Shown here piece by piece: positions 1-13,494 of a stretch of 64,000 bases of DNA (position 1 is the stretch's first letter; each line of letters begins with the position of its first letter). The notes below the pieces were generated by a model that worked only from the letters and a program-made list of their open reading frames with translations, was not told the origin of the DNA and made no database searches. This DNA is from Chrysomallon squamiferum (Eukaryota; Animalia; Mollusca), in the NCBI GenBank assembly GCA_012295275.1, contig CM022665.1, forward strand, positions 45,570,001 to 45,634,000, given 5' to 3'. The position numbers were made by a program, and so were the translations under genes.

Positions 1-2175
1 TAATAGAATGTGTCTGTAATTGTATATTGTATACTCTCTGACTTGTGGCAACTAATATTTTAATGACAGCCATGCTGGAGGAAAGATTTTTGTTTTCTTG
101 TAGCTTTGTTTTGTAAAAAAGAACTAAATTGTGAACAAGATCACATTTCACTTTGACTTTAGAAACTTTCAGTCTTCTGAAAACATGTCCCTGTTTTTAC
201 AAAGCAATGCTAACTTCACTTGATACAGTTACTGAGTGAAGTCATAAAGCAGAAAGTCATTTCCTCAACACTTTGCTACACTTTTATAAGATGTTTTATT
301 TTCTAATGGACTTCTCAAAACTTTTTCTCACTGAATAAGATAACAAACCCTGTTCACTGATTTTATTTTGTAAATAATATATTTCTCATCTGTTCATAAA
401 TTACTTGATCAGTCATTTAACTATGTTTAATGACTTTAGTGTGTGACACAATTTATTTAGTTGATAATCATTGTTCTAACTGATATTTGTGGTAATGGTG
501 AATAAATAATAGTAAAATGTGAACATTTACTTGTGTTATTTGTCTAGGTTAGAATAATAAAACAAAGATCTGATACAGATTAAGTAGCATTAATCAATTA
601 TTTCACAACTGTCATTTAAAAGAATTTTATTTATTTAATTTTCTTAATTTTCTATGTATATTTTTTTCTTTGCTAGCTAATACTGTATGCTTGATATTAT
701 TAGATAAATATTTCGGCTAATGTAAGTTTATGTGTTGTTTGCTTTATCTGTTAAACCAAAATCCACTAATCAAAATAATTTGGCTGAAATGAAGATTTTT
801 TTACAATGAATTATATGGATATTTGAGGTACATTTCTTTGTCTCTGGTATCATTTTATTTTTTCAAGAAATGATTGACCACATTTTTAAAACAACAGATT
901 CTAAATAAATAAAAAAACGAAAAGTCATTGCTTTACAGCCACAAATGTCTTGAGAAGAATTTTACAACCAGTTCATTGCAGAGTTTATAGTATGAAATAA
1001 TTTAATTTGTGGTGAGCATGAGGGTTAAGGGAAAACTACATTGAAAAAGACTGGCAAAGGTAAACATGTTCACCTACCTGTATGTAGTGTATATAGCAAG
1101 AACAGCATTTCTTCTCACATAGGAATGTCTGTGTTCAAGACATTGGCGGATGGCTGGCATAAGAGGTTCTACAAGTTCTGGTTCTTTCAACTTGCAAAGC
1201 AATCTCAATGTCGACCAACTGAATGAACTCAGTTGGATGTTGAAGATCGTACTGAAAAAAATAACATGACGACCATCATGCAAATTCTACTTATATATTT
1301 TTACTGTTAAAATTTACATGTTATTTCTTATTGTCAAAATACTTAGTTGAGCATTTAAAAATGTTTAATTGTAGCAAAACTATAATTTCAAAAATCTAAC
1401 ACCACATTTTTAATTCACCTGTACATTTGTTGCCTTTGTCACAGAAATAATAGACAAAACCATAAAGTTATCAAAATTGATAGAAATAAACCGAAGAAAA
1501 TGAGTATGTTGATTTTTAGAAATGAAAAATGTTTCCAGTCCCTGTTGTATTAGATGGGAGGAGATTAACAGTTGGAAAAATCTCAAAATGTAAATAAAAA
1601 TAGTGAACCCTCTGTTTTCTTTCCAACAATGCTTTCATTCCATTTAGAAAATTATTTACAATCTGAATTAGCAGCAGTTTTTTTGTGAATGTTGAAATAT
1701 TTTCATGAAAAATCAAATTGAATGAAACCCTCTTTACTGAGAAAGCTTTCATTTTATTTAGAAAATTATTTACAATCTGAATTATTGAATGTTGAAATAT
1801 TGAAATGAAATATAATGAAAATTACTGAGAAAGAAAGTTACAAAATTATTATACGACACTATTAGAGACAGAATTGTTTTTTAGGGCAAGTTAAGTATTG
1901 CCTTGGGTTAATCAGAAATGTTAGGGCACCAAGGCAAACATTTCCTTCAAAGTAAAGGCAACAAGGGAAACCCACATGTGTGATAATTAAACAAACCCTC
2001 CAAATAGACCAATCATATCCCTTTATGATAATTTCACCATGATGGAATCAGTGTGCCATTTCTTTTTGAGTGTGTCAGTAATGCAGTAATGAACCAAATA
2101 TAAAAATCTTGTGAAGTGATAGCATCAACACCATTTCATGCAAAACAGAAGTTATCATTAACTTATTAGTATCAA
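1..2175. repeat. Segmental/tandem duplication copy 1 (period ~7.9 kb; pairs with 7885-10010)
   Basis: Position 1 (taatagaatgtgtctgtaattg...) recurs at 7885. The copies are near-identical for the first ~600 bp, then more diverged, until ~2175/~10010 (caaaacagaagttatc...ttattagtat). Confidence 0.95.
1078..1251 (-). pseudogene. COPB1: COPB1 (coatomer beta) exon remnant, frameshifted
   Basis: ttttcag|[11 protein letters not shown], then a +1 shift, then [46 protein letters not shown]|gtaggt. Matches beta-[56 protein letters not shown]. Confidence 0.9.
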
Positions 2176-2325
2176 CATGATTTGCTGCTGCACTAAAATA
2201 ATTTATATATATATGCATAGATATATATATAAAGAAGCATATATGTTTATCTCTTTTTTATGTTCTAATCAACCATTTCCTGGGATGGATCTGTCTTTAC
2301 AGAAGTGCAGACTCATCTTACTTAC

Positions 2326-3060
2326 CTTGATGGCAGTGGGTGCATTGGACAGAGTTACAAGAGTCCCTGCAGCCTCGTAGCGCACAGCTGGACTCAATGA
2401 ATTCAGCAGATTTTAAATACAGCGGATGAAGCGGGCTCGCTCAGCTGGATTAGCGTGACAAACCTGAAAACAGTTGGATTACTCATTTTTATTACCATTA
2501 TCTACTTAAATAATCATGAATGAATGAAATACTGTTTTTTAAAAAAGCCCTTTTTTCTTGTTTCTTTTCTTTGAATAAGGATTATTTAAGAAAGCAAATC
2601 TGCTGTCGTCACTATGTTGGCTATTTCAATCAACTAGCAGCAAGGAACTTTTTATATATACTTTCCCAGAGACAGGAATATGCACAGTGGCCTTTATATA
2701 ATTAGCTGTGAGGAACAAGAGGCACACTAAAGAGGCCTGATTGTGTCATGTGTTCTAACCAGGACATTTAGTCCACTCCTGTGTAAATCAAAACAATAAA
2801 ATATATCTGAACAACTGAACTAACCTTGCAAATAAGTTCTACTATAAGAAGTTGCAAAATGTAACTTGGTCAATGCATCTGCTGAGAATTTAAAGCCCGT
2901 TCCTGAAAAGGTAAAGAAGATTAACCTCAATTTTTAGCATTCTCTGTGTATTCAAGGAGATATACATGCACAAATATTTACAAATGAGCGTGTGTGTGTT
3001 TGCGTGTTCAGAGTACATGTATATATAAGTATAAACTATGTAATTGTGCGTATCTGTATG

Positions 3061-3100
<40 letters not shown>

Positions 3101-3546
3101 CACGCATCTGAAAGGTAGATCATTGATGAGATTTTTTTTTTTTGGGGAATGTCTAATAATTAACTTTCTGCAATACAAATAGTCAAGCACTATCATACAA
3201 ACAGAACTGAATGAAAAATAAAAATTTTAGATTAGAAAAAAAAAAAAAGCTTTTTCTATCTGATAATATCTCCCTTTCTAAAAGATTATTAGAAAGGGAG
3301 ACAAAAAATAATACACACTGTTAACTAGTTCAGTGATTGTTGGGTTTTTAGCCATTTAAGATTTCAGAATGAACACCAACATTACCTCTAAACAAGTAGA
3401 AGAAACATGTACATATCAATGTATAATTCATTATTTTTCAATTATTTTACGCTCATACATGTATGAACAGTTCAAGTGTGTAACTTGCTCTAAGACTGAT
3501 AAATTACTTGAATTACAGAAAATTACACTTCCCCCCTCTGAAATAA

Positions 3547-3583
<37 letters not shown>

Positions 3584-4878
3584 TTTTAGTGAAGAGTAAG
3601 TGCAGTAAGGGTCATTTTTGGGTCAAAGAAATATCTCATTTATTTGTGATGGTTGATAAAACCAAATATTTTCTAACTTTCTAACAAACAGTGGTTTTGT
3701 AATTTAATCACTGAAGAAAAATGATTAACAAAATGTCCCCCCCCCAAAAAAAAAAGAAAATGTAAAAGAGAAAGAAAATTGAATTTGTGCACATTTAGTA
3801 CTGATATTTTTGGTAAGACACAGAAAAGAGATTAGAAAGATAAATTACTTTATGTGATACATTTTGCAATATGTTCAGTGGATTTCACTGCATCTGGAAG
3901 AAACTGGTAATAAAGTAGGTAACAATACAAATAAACTTTACTCAGCAGTTTATATGAAGGCTATAAATAGCAAGCATATAGTTTACCTGACACAGAGGTG
4001 ACATAACACATTCCACTAGTGTTCATCTCATACAGAATTACATTTTTTTTAAAATTACATGTTTTTAAAAGAATGAGATAGATAATCTGTAATTAAATTT
4101 CACAATTGTTCCTGTGACAAAGGTAATTATCCATCAAAAGTATTAATTAATATTTTATGCTTCTCAGCTGATTTGATGTTTGGGAGCCTCGTTCGGCAAG
4201 TAGTATTTTTTTTTTAAGTTTGCTTTCTGCAACTTCCGCTAATAAACAGTTTGAGCGGTTAAATTTGAATAACAAGATAGGGTCAAGTAAGTAGTGTATG
4301 TAAAAGTATGCAAAAATAAAGACAACTGTGGCTTCTAAAGTGTTGCTTTGTGACACATTACATCTGAAATGTCTACAAACATGCAACAGGTATGCTTTTA
4401 GAGAGATTAAAAAAAATATTATACTTGTAAATGTTTAAAATGTTCTCAGTTACATGACAAATTTTGTTTTACCACTTTAAGAAAGACTTAGTTTTAGTTT
4501 TACATTCTAATTCAGTACCGATTCTTGCTCTTGTTTCAGGATGGAGAACTGAAACTGTGCTTAAAGGAAACTCAAGTAACCATATGTGTCAAATGGTCAG
4601 ATGTACAAATTGATCATCTTTGTATGGTTTTCTGTAAAGAATCGGAGAATTCTACTTTCTTGTTTATTTCTCCTGACTCTTCTGGAGAGAAGTTACATAT
4701 ATCTAATCATATTGGTACATACAGAAAAATATATGTGTATGGATTGCAAAAGACAGATCATTGTCAAATGTTCAACGTATGCTCAAGTTCAGTAGTAACA
4801 CTGAGTCAAGGTACGTTTTAGATGTGTGATTTTAAAGTTAATTAAGACTGTAAAAGATTGTTATTAATTTCATCTCTA

Positions 4879-4923
<45 letters not shown>

Positions 4924-7900
4924 TTTAAGGTACATCAACAATGACAGTTACTCTAGCAGAAGAACATGATGTCCAAAGTAGGAGTATTACTTCAATATTG
5001 AAGAATACTGATGATGTAAGGAATATTACTAATTCTGGCATATATACTGAAAGAACTCAAAATATAAATTATATTAACTATTTATTCTATATAACTATAT
5101 AAAATGCAATCAAATAATATAATACTATTTTAACTATTTTTGAATTCCATACTAAATGAGTAATTTTAAATTTTTTTGTTTAATGCTCTCTGATCGAGAT
5201 CACTTCCTTTCAATGTTTTATGATAATTTAATATTCACAATGTCAAAATGTTCTTATTTTAACTTTGAAAATGTACTGAAGAAAAGTTTTGAAATTTTAT
5301 TTGGTGGTGGTTCATAACAAAAACAAAATGTAAATTTTTTTTTAGACGCCAAACGTTTTGGAATCCTACAATCATTGGGGCAGTCATCTGTTCAAAATGG
5401 AAGTAGATACTGAAGACAGCCAGGTACTTCAGGATGTACTTCTTGTTATCAAATTTCCTAAAGGTGATTCACAACATGAAATATTCATATATGGAGCTTT
5501 TAATACATCATTCGTTGAAATTGGAAACAATTTTTTACCAAGTAAAGAATCAACAGCCAAAATGTTTGTTTTGAAAAGAGCCTTTTTTGACATAAAGATC
5601 AGGATTTATAAAATAATGATGACATCTACAGATATATCTTTCAAGCCAAAACCTAGGTTTGGTTCAGAACAACTGAAATCACCAGGTTGGTATTATAATT
5701 TATATTTTACTTCTTTAACAATACATTTCCCTCTTTTTTCTCTCTTTTTTTTTTTTTTTATGAATTCCTGTAATCATACAGCTATTTTTTTGAAGTCACT
5801 GATTCACAGGTTATACTCCGTTAGCTGTCTTTCAATATACACACATACTTGCAGGCCTTAACCTTTACTTTCTTTCTCAGTACAAATTGATAGCCCCATA
5901 AAAAAATTAAACATAATTAAAGCAAATGAAACTGTTCCATGATGGAACAACACCTAACAAATGTATCAGCTTTAATGACAACAAAATATCACACCAGCTA
6001 TTAATTAAATAAAAATTAATGACAGGCCTGTTTTTTTATCTGTTACTTTTAAAATAATTATCAAAGCTTAATGAAATTATACTGATTCTTAATTATAGTA
6101 ATTAATTATTACCAATTTATGAATGTTCCTTTTAAAATGATTATCAAAGCTTATAAATTGATGAAATACATAAATGAAATTATACTGATTCTTACTTACA
6201 TAGCAATTAATTATTACCAATTTGTGAATGTTAAGTATACCTACTTATTAACATCAATGAATAATGTAAACATAAAAAAAACTTATTTTCATTTTTGTTT
6301 TTTCAGAGATGACAAGAAGTGAATTAAACATGCTAATGGAAAAAGCCAGCAATTTTGCGCGAGGAGAACCAATGTACAGACTAACACACTTGTTCAGGAA
6401 CAAACATCTTTCATATTTTCAAAATATTTGGGAAAATGATGGAATAATGAAGAAATATCGCAAAGATTACAATGGTGACCCTGCTTCCTGTATTAATGGA
6501 ACCATTGATGGTTTGTTCTTCAGTGCATTTATAAATCCATTCACAGAAGGACCAGCAGATATTTCCCCTTATGGTCCAATACGCATCAACATTCCTGCTA
6601 AAAACATCCTCAATGAAAATACCAACATGTATTTTGCAGACTTTTACTGTTTTCCTGTCAGTGAAAATAAAAGAAAGTATCATTATGTCACTGTGGTTGT
6701 CACAAAAGAAGGAACACAGACAGACAAGTTCTGCAAGAACAAGCTTTTGCTACTGGATCCATTAAACAACCTGTTCATAAAAGTGTGTGAAGATGGAGTA
6801 GAAGTGAAAGAAGATCCGACTGTAGAGGTGTTTTATACTGAAAATATAGAAATTCCATCACCAGAACAGGGAAATGCTGAAATCTATTATGAAGATATTA
6901 AAGTTATAGGTAAAGGTGGAAGTAAAATGTACGGTATACCAAAGAATGATTCATGCGATACTTGTCGATTAGACAGATAAGCTTTGAATTTTTGCTTTAA
7001 TTTGTTAACTGTTCAAAACTGTTTTACTTAATGATCCCACATTGTGAAGTATTTACTGAAGTTACTAATATGTTATATTGTATCTATAATCAATTTGGTT
7101 TTATTAACATTTCATGTCAGACAACAGGCCTCAAGCCAAGTTGGATTTTAAGAAAACTGACTTATTTCTCACGTCTGGGTAATGAAATGTTTTAAAAATA
7201 TATAATGATGCTAAAAGTTTGGGTTTATTCAGTTGTGTTTTCACTGATTGCAACAAAGCATCTATAAAAACAAATAATCACATAAAAACAAGTTAATTTG
7301 AACTATTCAGATACACTGCACATATGCATATATTAACTGTCACTTAAAGATAGGCCTGTAGGCAGATAAAAATTAATAAGAAGTTTGTACATAATAAATC
7401 CTAAATTACCAATAGTGAATATCTTATTCTTGAAATATTTATACATGCACTTGTATCTGCTGTACACTTTATAAATTTAATGTTGATTTGTATATACTTT
7501 CATCTACAATGGGGTCTGCATTCATAATGTTTTCCTTTCAAGCTTGTTTCTAGACATCTAAATATTTCCTCAGATACACCAATACAAACTCCTTTGCTTG
7601 ACTATTCTTATTATTAGCAACTTTTTAGCAACATGTAGCTTCATTATTAATCATTTGTTCTAAATGTAATTCACGGATTCAAGAAAAAAGAATATCAGAA
7701 TCAAACCATTTCAGCATGCAAGATATTTTTCAGTTGAAAAAATAATCACAATTTTATATTTTTATATTAACTGCAACACCAGGCAAGTAATCTAAATAAA
7801 TGTCATGCTCATATTAATTACAAATCTAAATACAGAGCAAATTTAAATATTTTTATATACTTGTATAAATAATATTTGTTATTTTAATAGAATGTGTCTG

Positions 7901-9604
7901 TAATTGTATATTGTATACTCTCTGACTTGTGGCAACTAATATTTTAATGACAGCCATGCTGGAGGAAAGAGATTTTTGTTTTCTTGTAGCTTTGTTTTGT
8001 AAAAAATAATTAAATTTTGAACAAATACACATTTGACTTTGACTTTAGAAACTTTCAGTCTTCTGAAAACATGTCCCTGTTTTTACAAAGCAATGCTAAC
8101 TTCACTTGATACAGTTACTGAGTGAAGTCATAAAGCAGAAAGTCATTTCCTCAACACTTTGCTACACTTTTATAAGATGTTTTATTTTCTAATGGACTTC
8201 TCAAAACTTTTTCTCACTGAATAAGATAACAAACCCTGTTCACTGATTTTATTTTGTAAATAATATATTTCTCATCTGTTCATAAATTACTTGATCAGTA
8301 ATTTAACTATGTTTAATGACTTTAGTTATGTGGTACTATTTAATTAGTTGATGATCATTGTTCTAACTGATATTTGTGGTAATGGTGAATAAATAATAGT
8401 AAAATGTGAACATTTACTTGTGTTATTTGTCTAGGTTAGAATAATAAAATGAAGATCTGATACAGATTAAGTAGCATTAATCCATTATCTTAAGTGTCAT
8501 TTATAAAAAAATTATTTTATTTTATTATTATTATATCTTTTTGTTGGCTAATTAATGTATTTTTTGTAGTATTTTATAAATATTTTCGCTAATGTATGTT
8601 AACATGTTTACTTTATCAAGATTTTTACAATGAGCTATATAAATATTAAAGGTGCATTCCTTAGTCTCTGGTATTATTTTATTTTTGCAAAAAATGATTG
8701 GACATTTATAAAACTGGAAATATTAAATTTAAATTAAAAGAAATTAAAATTATGTTTCTGCCACAAATGTCTTGGGAAGAATTTTACAAATTTAAAGATC
8801 CAACCCTTATCGGCTGCTCAAAATTCTACAATACAATTCACTGCACAATTTATATTATGAAATAATTTTATGTATGGTGAGTATCAAGGTTCTGGGAAGG
8901 TTATTTTGATAAAAGTCTGGTAAAGGTAAACATTTTCACTTACTTGTATATAGAGTATACAGCAAGATCAGCATTTCATCTCACATAGGAATGTGTGTTC
9001 AAGACACTGGTGGATGGCTGTCATAAGAGGTTCTACAAGCAAAGCAATCTCAACGTTGACCCATGAATGAACTCATTTGGATGTTGAAGATTGTACTGAA
9101 AAAAATAATATGATGACGATCATGCAAATTCCATTTATATATTTTTACTGTTAAAATTTACATGCGATTTCTTATTGTAAAAATACTTAGTTGAGCATTT
9201 AAAAATGTTTAATTGTAGAAAATCTATAGTTTCAAAAACCGAAACACCATTTTTAATTCACCAGTACATTTGTTGGCTTTGTCACAGAAATAATAGACAA
9301 AATCAGAAAGTTATCAAAACTGATAGAAATAAACCCAAGAATATGAATATTTTGATTTTTTTTCAAATGAAAAATGTTTCCATTCCCAGCTGTATTAGAA
9401 GGGAGGAGATTAACAGTTTATAAGGTTTTGGTTTTAACAAGAAAAAGTGAGAGGAACAAGGGAGATAATACTGTAATAGTTCAAATGAACTCAACAAGAG
9501 TACAAATACTTACCTAACTTTTGCTGTAGCTGCATTTCGAACAATGGTTTTGTATCCATTAGGAGATTAATCAAGATATAGCAAGGCTGATCTGCCACTG
9601 ACAT
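2326..9604 (-). pseudogene. COPB1: Partial (5') COPB1 pseudogene with four exon remnants in correct order
   Basis: 9604-9514: MSVADQPCYILINLLMDTKPLFEMQLQQKL (cf. beta-COP N-terminus MTAAENVCYTLINVPMDSEPP). 9095-8944: NLQHPNEFIHGSTLRLLC with KLKEPE deleted, a frameshift and a TGA. 2902-2825: ERAL..CIDQV..ILQLLIVELICK with deletions. 2463-2326: [45 protein letters not shown] with an in-frame TAA. All keep GT donors, and the internal exons keep AG acceptors. The intervening exons were not found. Confidence 0.9.
4369..6980 (+). CDS. PHYHIP/PHYHIPL-like protein (phytanoyl-CoA hydroxylase-interacting protein family), 5 exons, ~460 aa
   Basis: Exons 4369(or 4381)-4389, 4540-4810, 4930-5015, 5346-5685 and 6307-6980 join with matching phases 0/1/0/1 and canonical GT-AG. 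The last exon has PHYHIP C-terminal motifs FRNKH..YF, KDYNGDPAS.ING..DGLFFS, SPYG, NTNMYFADFYC, YHYVTVVV, DKFC and VEVFYTE. Confidence 0.88.
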
Positions 9605-10010
9605 TTCTGCAGTTTTTCTGTAAAGATGTAATTGCTATATTCTATCACAAGTTGGAAAATTCTGAAAATGTAAACAAAAATAGAGAAGTCCCTTTTTTGT
9701 ACTGCTTTCGTTGTATTTTGAAAATTACTTCCAATCTGAATTAGCAGCTTTTCTGTGAATGCTGAAGTATTTTCATACAATACTGAATGAAAACTACTGA
9801 TAAAGAAAGGTACAAGGTTATTAGATAACACTATTAGGAGCAGAATTGTAATTTTTTTTATGGCAAGTTAAATGTTGCCTTGTTTAATCAGAAATGTTAG
9901 GGCACCAAGGAAAACATTTCCTTGAAAGCAGAGGCAACAATTAATGATTTAATGAAACGATGGTATGATTACCACATGCAAAACAGAAGTTATCTTTAGC
10001 TTATTAGTAT
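7885..10010. repeat. Segmental/tandem duplication copy 2 (pairs with 1-2175)
   Basis: Aligns directly to 1-2175. Carries an extra ~230 bp (about 9420-9650, including the COPB1 start exon) that is missing in copy 1. Confidence 0.95.
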
Positions 10011-12214
10011 TAGCCATGCTAAAATTAGAACCTTCTAGTGTATTATGCATCTATGTATCATATATATGTGTGTGTATGTATATATGTATGTATATCTATA
10101 AATATGTATGTACATGTCTAAATATATATTTATAAATGTACATGTATCTATAAAATCCACCAAATACATGAAAGAAGATAAAGTAAATCAGTAAATAAAT
10201 AGATAGATAAATAAATAAATAAAAATACCAATTAAACCAAAGAAAATATACAAGTAAATCAGTAAGCAAATAAATCAACACATGTTAAATAACGAGATGT
10301 ATTAAAAAGGACAAAACAGTTGATGTTCTGCTTGTTTATTTTCATCCATTTGCAAATTTCAGCTAATAGTACTGTTAAAGATTACAACATATGCTGGTTG
10401 ATGAACGTAATATGTAAAATGATGCAGTAAATTATGTACGTTTATGATATTTACAAGAAAATGCATTTACAATAAGTTAACACAAATACAGTTCTATTTA
10501 ATGTGCTGACAAGAAAAATGTAGATGAGAAAATGAGTTTAAAAAATAGCGAAGGTCCAGATTCTGATTGGTCGATTTAATAATTCATTTCACGTAGAGTG
10601 ATGCCATTAATGTGAGAGTGAACATGATGTACAGGATGTAGAGACAGCCAGACGAATTCGAATTCATCTCAGCTTGAACTGAAAGACGAAAACACAGATA
10701 TTAATTTAAAGCATACCTTTCAGTATATTCTTCATGTTATTTTGTTCTGTAAAGATTTAACAACAAATAACAAGTATTGAATAAAAGAACAGTATCGGAA
10801 ACATGATTCAGGTTTAATTTTTATTATTATTTATTATTATTTATTTATATTTATTTTATAATTTATTTTTTTGAACATTAATTCGAACTGCCATAGATAC
10901 AGATCGTACAGAAACAGTTTCTATATTTTCGTTTATCATTATGAAATAAAATTTTTCTTATAATTTCAATGTATTTATAAACTGGATAATTAAATACATT
11001 TGGTAACTTTTGGAGTATTCTTGTTGGTGATTAAACAATTAAACAATGGTAGCATGGAATCAACAGGAACGATAACTCGAAACGGCACAAAATGCGTCTG
11101 CTCCAAAAAAAACATGGCTTCAGGTTTCTGCAGTTTAATAGGTTTATACAGACTACACCTGAATGTTCTTTTCTGATGGGTTCTGACACAGCGAACATAG
11201 CCAGCTAGAAATGTTAATACATTAATCTGCTAGAAAATAATTTCAGTTTATTATGTATAGATTTGGGATTTGCACAAAAATAATCCAGTTTGAAAAGTTT
11301 AAAGTAAAAATGTAGTCTAGAGAGGTGTAATATGAACAACTATCCATACCTTTAAAAAATACAGAAAGTGGACGTGAAATTGTTGAATTTGGCAGTTTTA
11401 AACCCCGATGGGATGGTTTCCAACCGTATACGAAAACTTCCGATCGAAATTCAAGAATGGCAAAGTCCGACGCCGGACAGTGTTTCTGTTTACAAACTTT
11501 TATATATTTCTTCATAATCATAATAACGCAATCAATTCTGCATGGATTATCACACGTACTTTGTTGAAATATGTCATTAATCAACGTCTGTAATTGAGTT
11601 GAAATTGTTGCAGAAGACGAAAAACAATTTTTGTTGTTTGTTTTTGGTAATTTTGACGTCATGCCACTTCGTGCCCGTTTCGTACTTTTTTTTCCCCACC
11701 AGTTATAAAGGCATCCACAGCAAAAAAAAAACAACCCAACCCCCCCAAAAAAATAAAATAAAAAATAAAATAAAATAAATAATATTTGTTTTCCTTTTCA
11801 ATTCATTAGAGGTTATATTTACTTGTAAAAAGCAAATTAATAACGTTATTTGGATGATTGCCCTGATACATTTCATTACAGTACATGGTACCGGTTTTTG
11901 ACAAGAAAATAGATTTTTGTGGGGCCGTACAAGAAAAGTAGTTTAAAATTTGTCTTCAAAACAAAAAACATTCATTTTCTATTATGTATGCAAACAGTTT
12001 CCTAATTGAATTTTTGAAAAAAAAAAAAAAACATTGGCCAATGCTGCTGAAGGTGCGAGCGCATTTTAACAATTTTCTTGCAAATGATCGTTTTACTTAA
12101 TACCTGTCGCTAAAAATCTCAACTACAAAGAAAATAACGATAATTTTACCTTGTATAAAAGTAAAATCTATCACGTTTTTTTGCGTTAGAGATAGATGAC
12201 CTCTCTCCCTCTCC

Positions 12215-12272
<58 letters not shown>

Positions 12273-13215
12273 CACACAAACACACAAACGTATTAGTCGT
12301 TTGATTACGTCTTGCTACTTCTGTGTCAATCAATAAAACTGAAAACATCTACATTTTATCCTCTTACATCTCTTCGCTTGATTTTTTTTTTTTTAAACTG
12401 CACTACTTACCACACAGGTTGTTTCTAACTATCTTCTCTGCTTCGGGCTTTAAAAAGTGGTCCATGTCCGGTGTCAAGCATTGGGCAGTTTCAGACAAAC
12501 ACGTGAGAAACCTGGTGGCACCACTGAAAGTTTATTAAATTTTTTTTTTAAATCAGGTCAGTTTGTACAAGGACAAATAAGTATGTGTAATTACATACAT
12601 GTATTCACACATCTGCGTTTATGTATCTCTAGATGCGCTCTCTCACACACACTCATACACACACACACACACGTGAAATTGTATATACATATACGTGAAT
12701 TACGATACTTTGTAAAAATGCGATTGTTATTTAGGTAGTGGATGCAAAGAGACGTCTGCTCATTTTTGAAATTTACCAAGATCTATCGACTCCTACTTAT
12801 AAAAGTCCCAGTCATTCGCAGTAGCTACTTTACAGTCGACTAGTTATTCACGCTTATTGTTAGTTACCGATTTCACTTGTGCTCGCCTTTACTCACTGAG
12901 TCGACTACTTTTACAGAAGGTTAATTGTTAAACTTAATTACGGTGGCTACATTTACTCATTACTGGCAACACTCGGTGGTTTATCACCGACGGTCACAAT
13001 CAGCAGCTACTCACTCGCACTTGGCCTGAAGATTGAAGTCCTGGGAGTTCATGGTTTCGTTGAAGTTTGTCACGCACATTTCAAGCTGTCTTGAAGTCCA
13101 TTCCTCGCACATCTGACTGGACGCACACCCAAACGCTGAAATCGTTTACAACTCGTTGCAGTTACATTAATAAATATGCGTTTGTATTAACGCCACATTT
13201 TGCTAATCGCACTTG

Positions 13216-13494
13216 CAGTGGCGTGCAGAGGGGATCTGGCGTTGCCGCCCGGGGCCAACGCCTTGATTATATGTCCCAAACGACTCGAGTGTAAGGCCTA
13301 GTACTGAGAAATATGTGAAAGGAAGATGTTTTGAATATTTAAACACAGAAGAAACACACAGTAATCTACTTTATTCGATTTAAATGTAAATCAACCAAAT
13401 TTATTAAGTTTTTTTTTTCTCTGACTGGATGCCCCTCCCTTCGTTTGGATGTTTAGGGCCACCGCCCTTTCGGCCCCCCCTCTGCACGCCACTG
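13216..13494. mobile_element. MITE / non-autonomous DNA transposon (hAT-like termini)
   Basis: Terminal inverted repeats CAGTGGCGTGCAGAGGG (13216) and CCCTCTGCACGCCACTG (ends 13494) bound a 279-bp element with GC-rich ends. The flanking 8-mers cgcacttg and cacaaatg match only partly, so any TSD is decayed. Confidence 0.75.

Noticed and set aside
1078-2463. Apparently scrambled COPB1 exon order suggesting Helitron capture or trans-splicing
   Set aside because: Explained more simply by the junction between two tandem 7.9-kb units. No Helitron termini were recognised.
11243-11734. 163-aa minus-strand ORF
   Set aside because: No recognisable domain, a non-ATG start and low-complexity ends. It may be a repeat remnant, but I cannot support a call.
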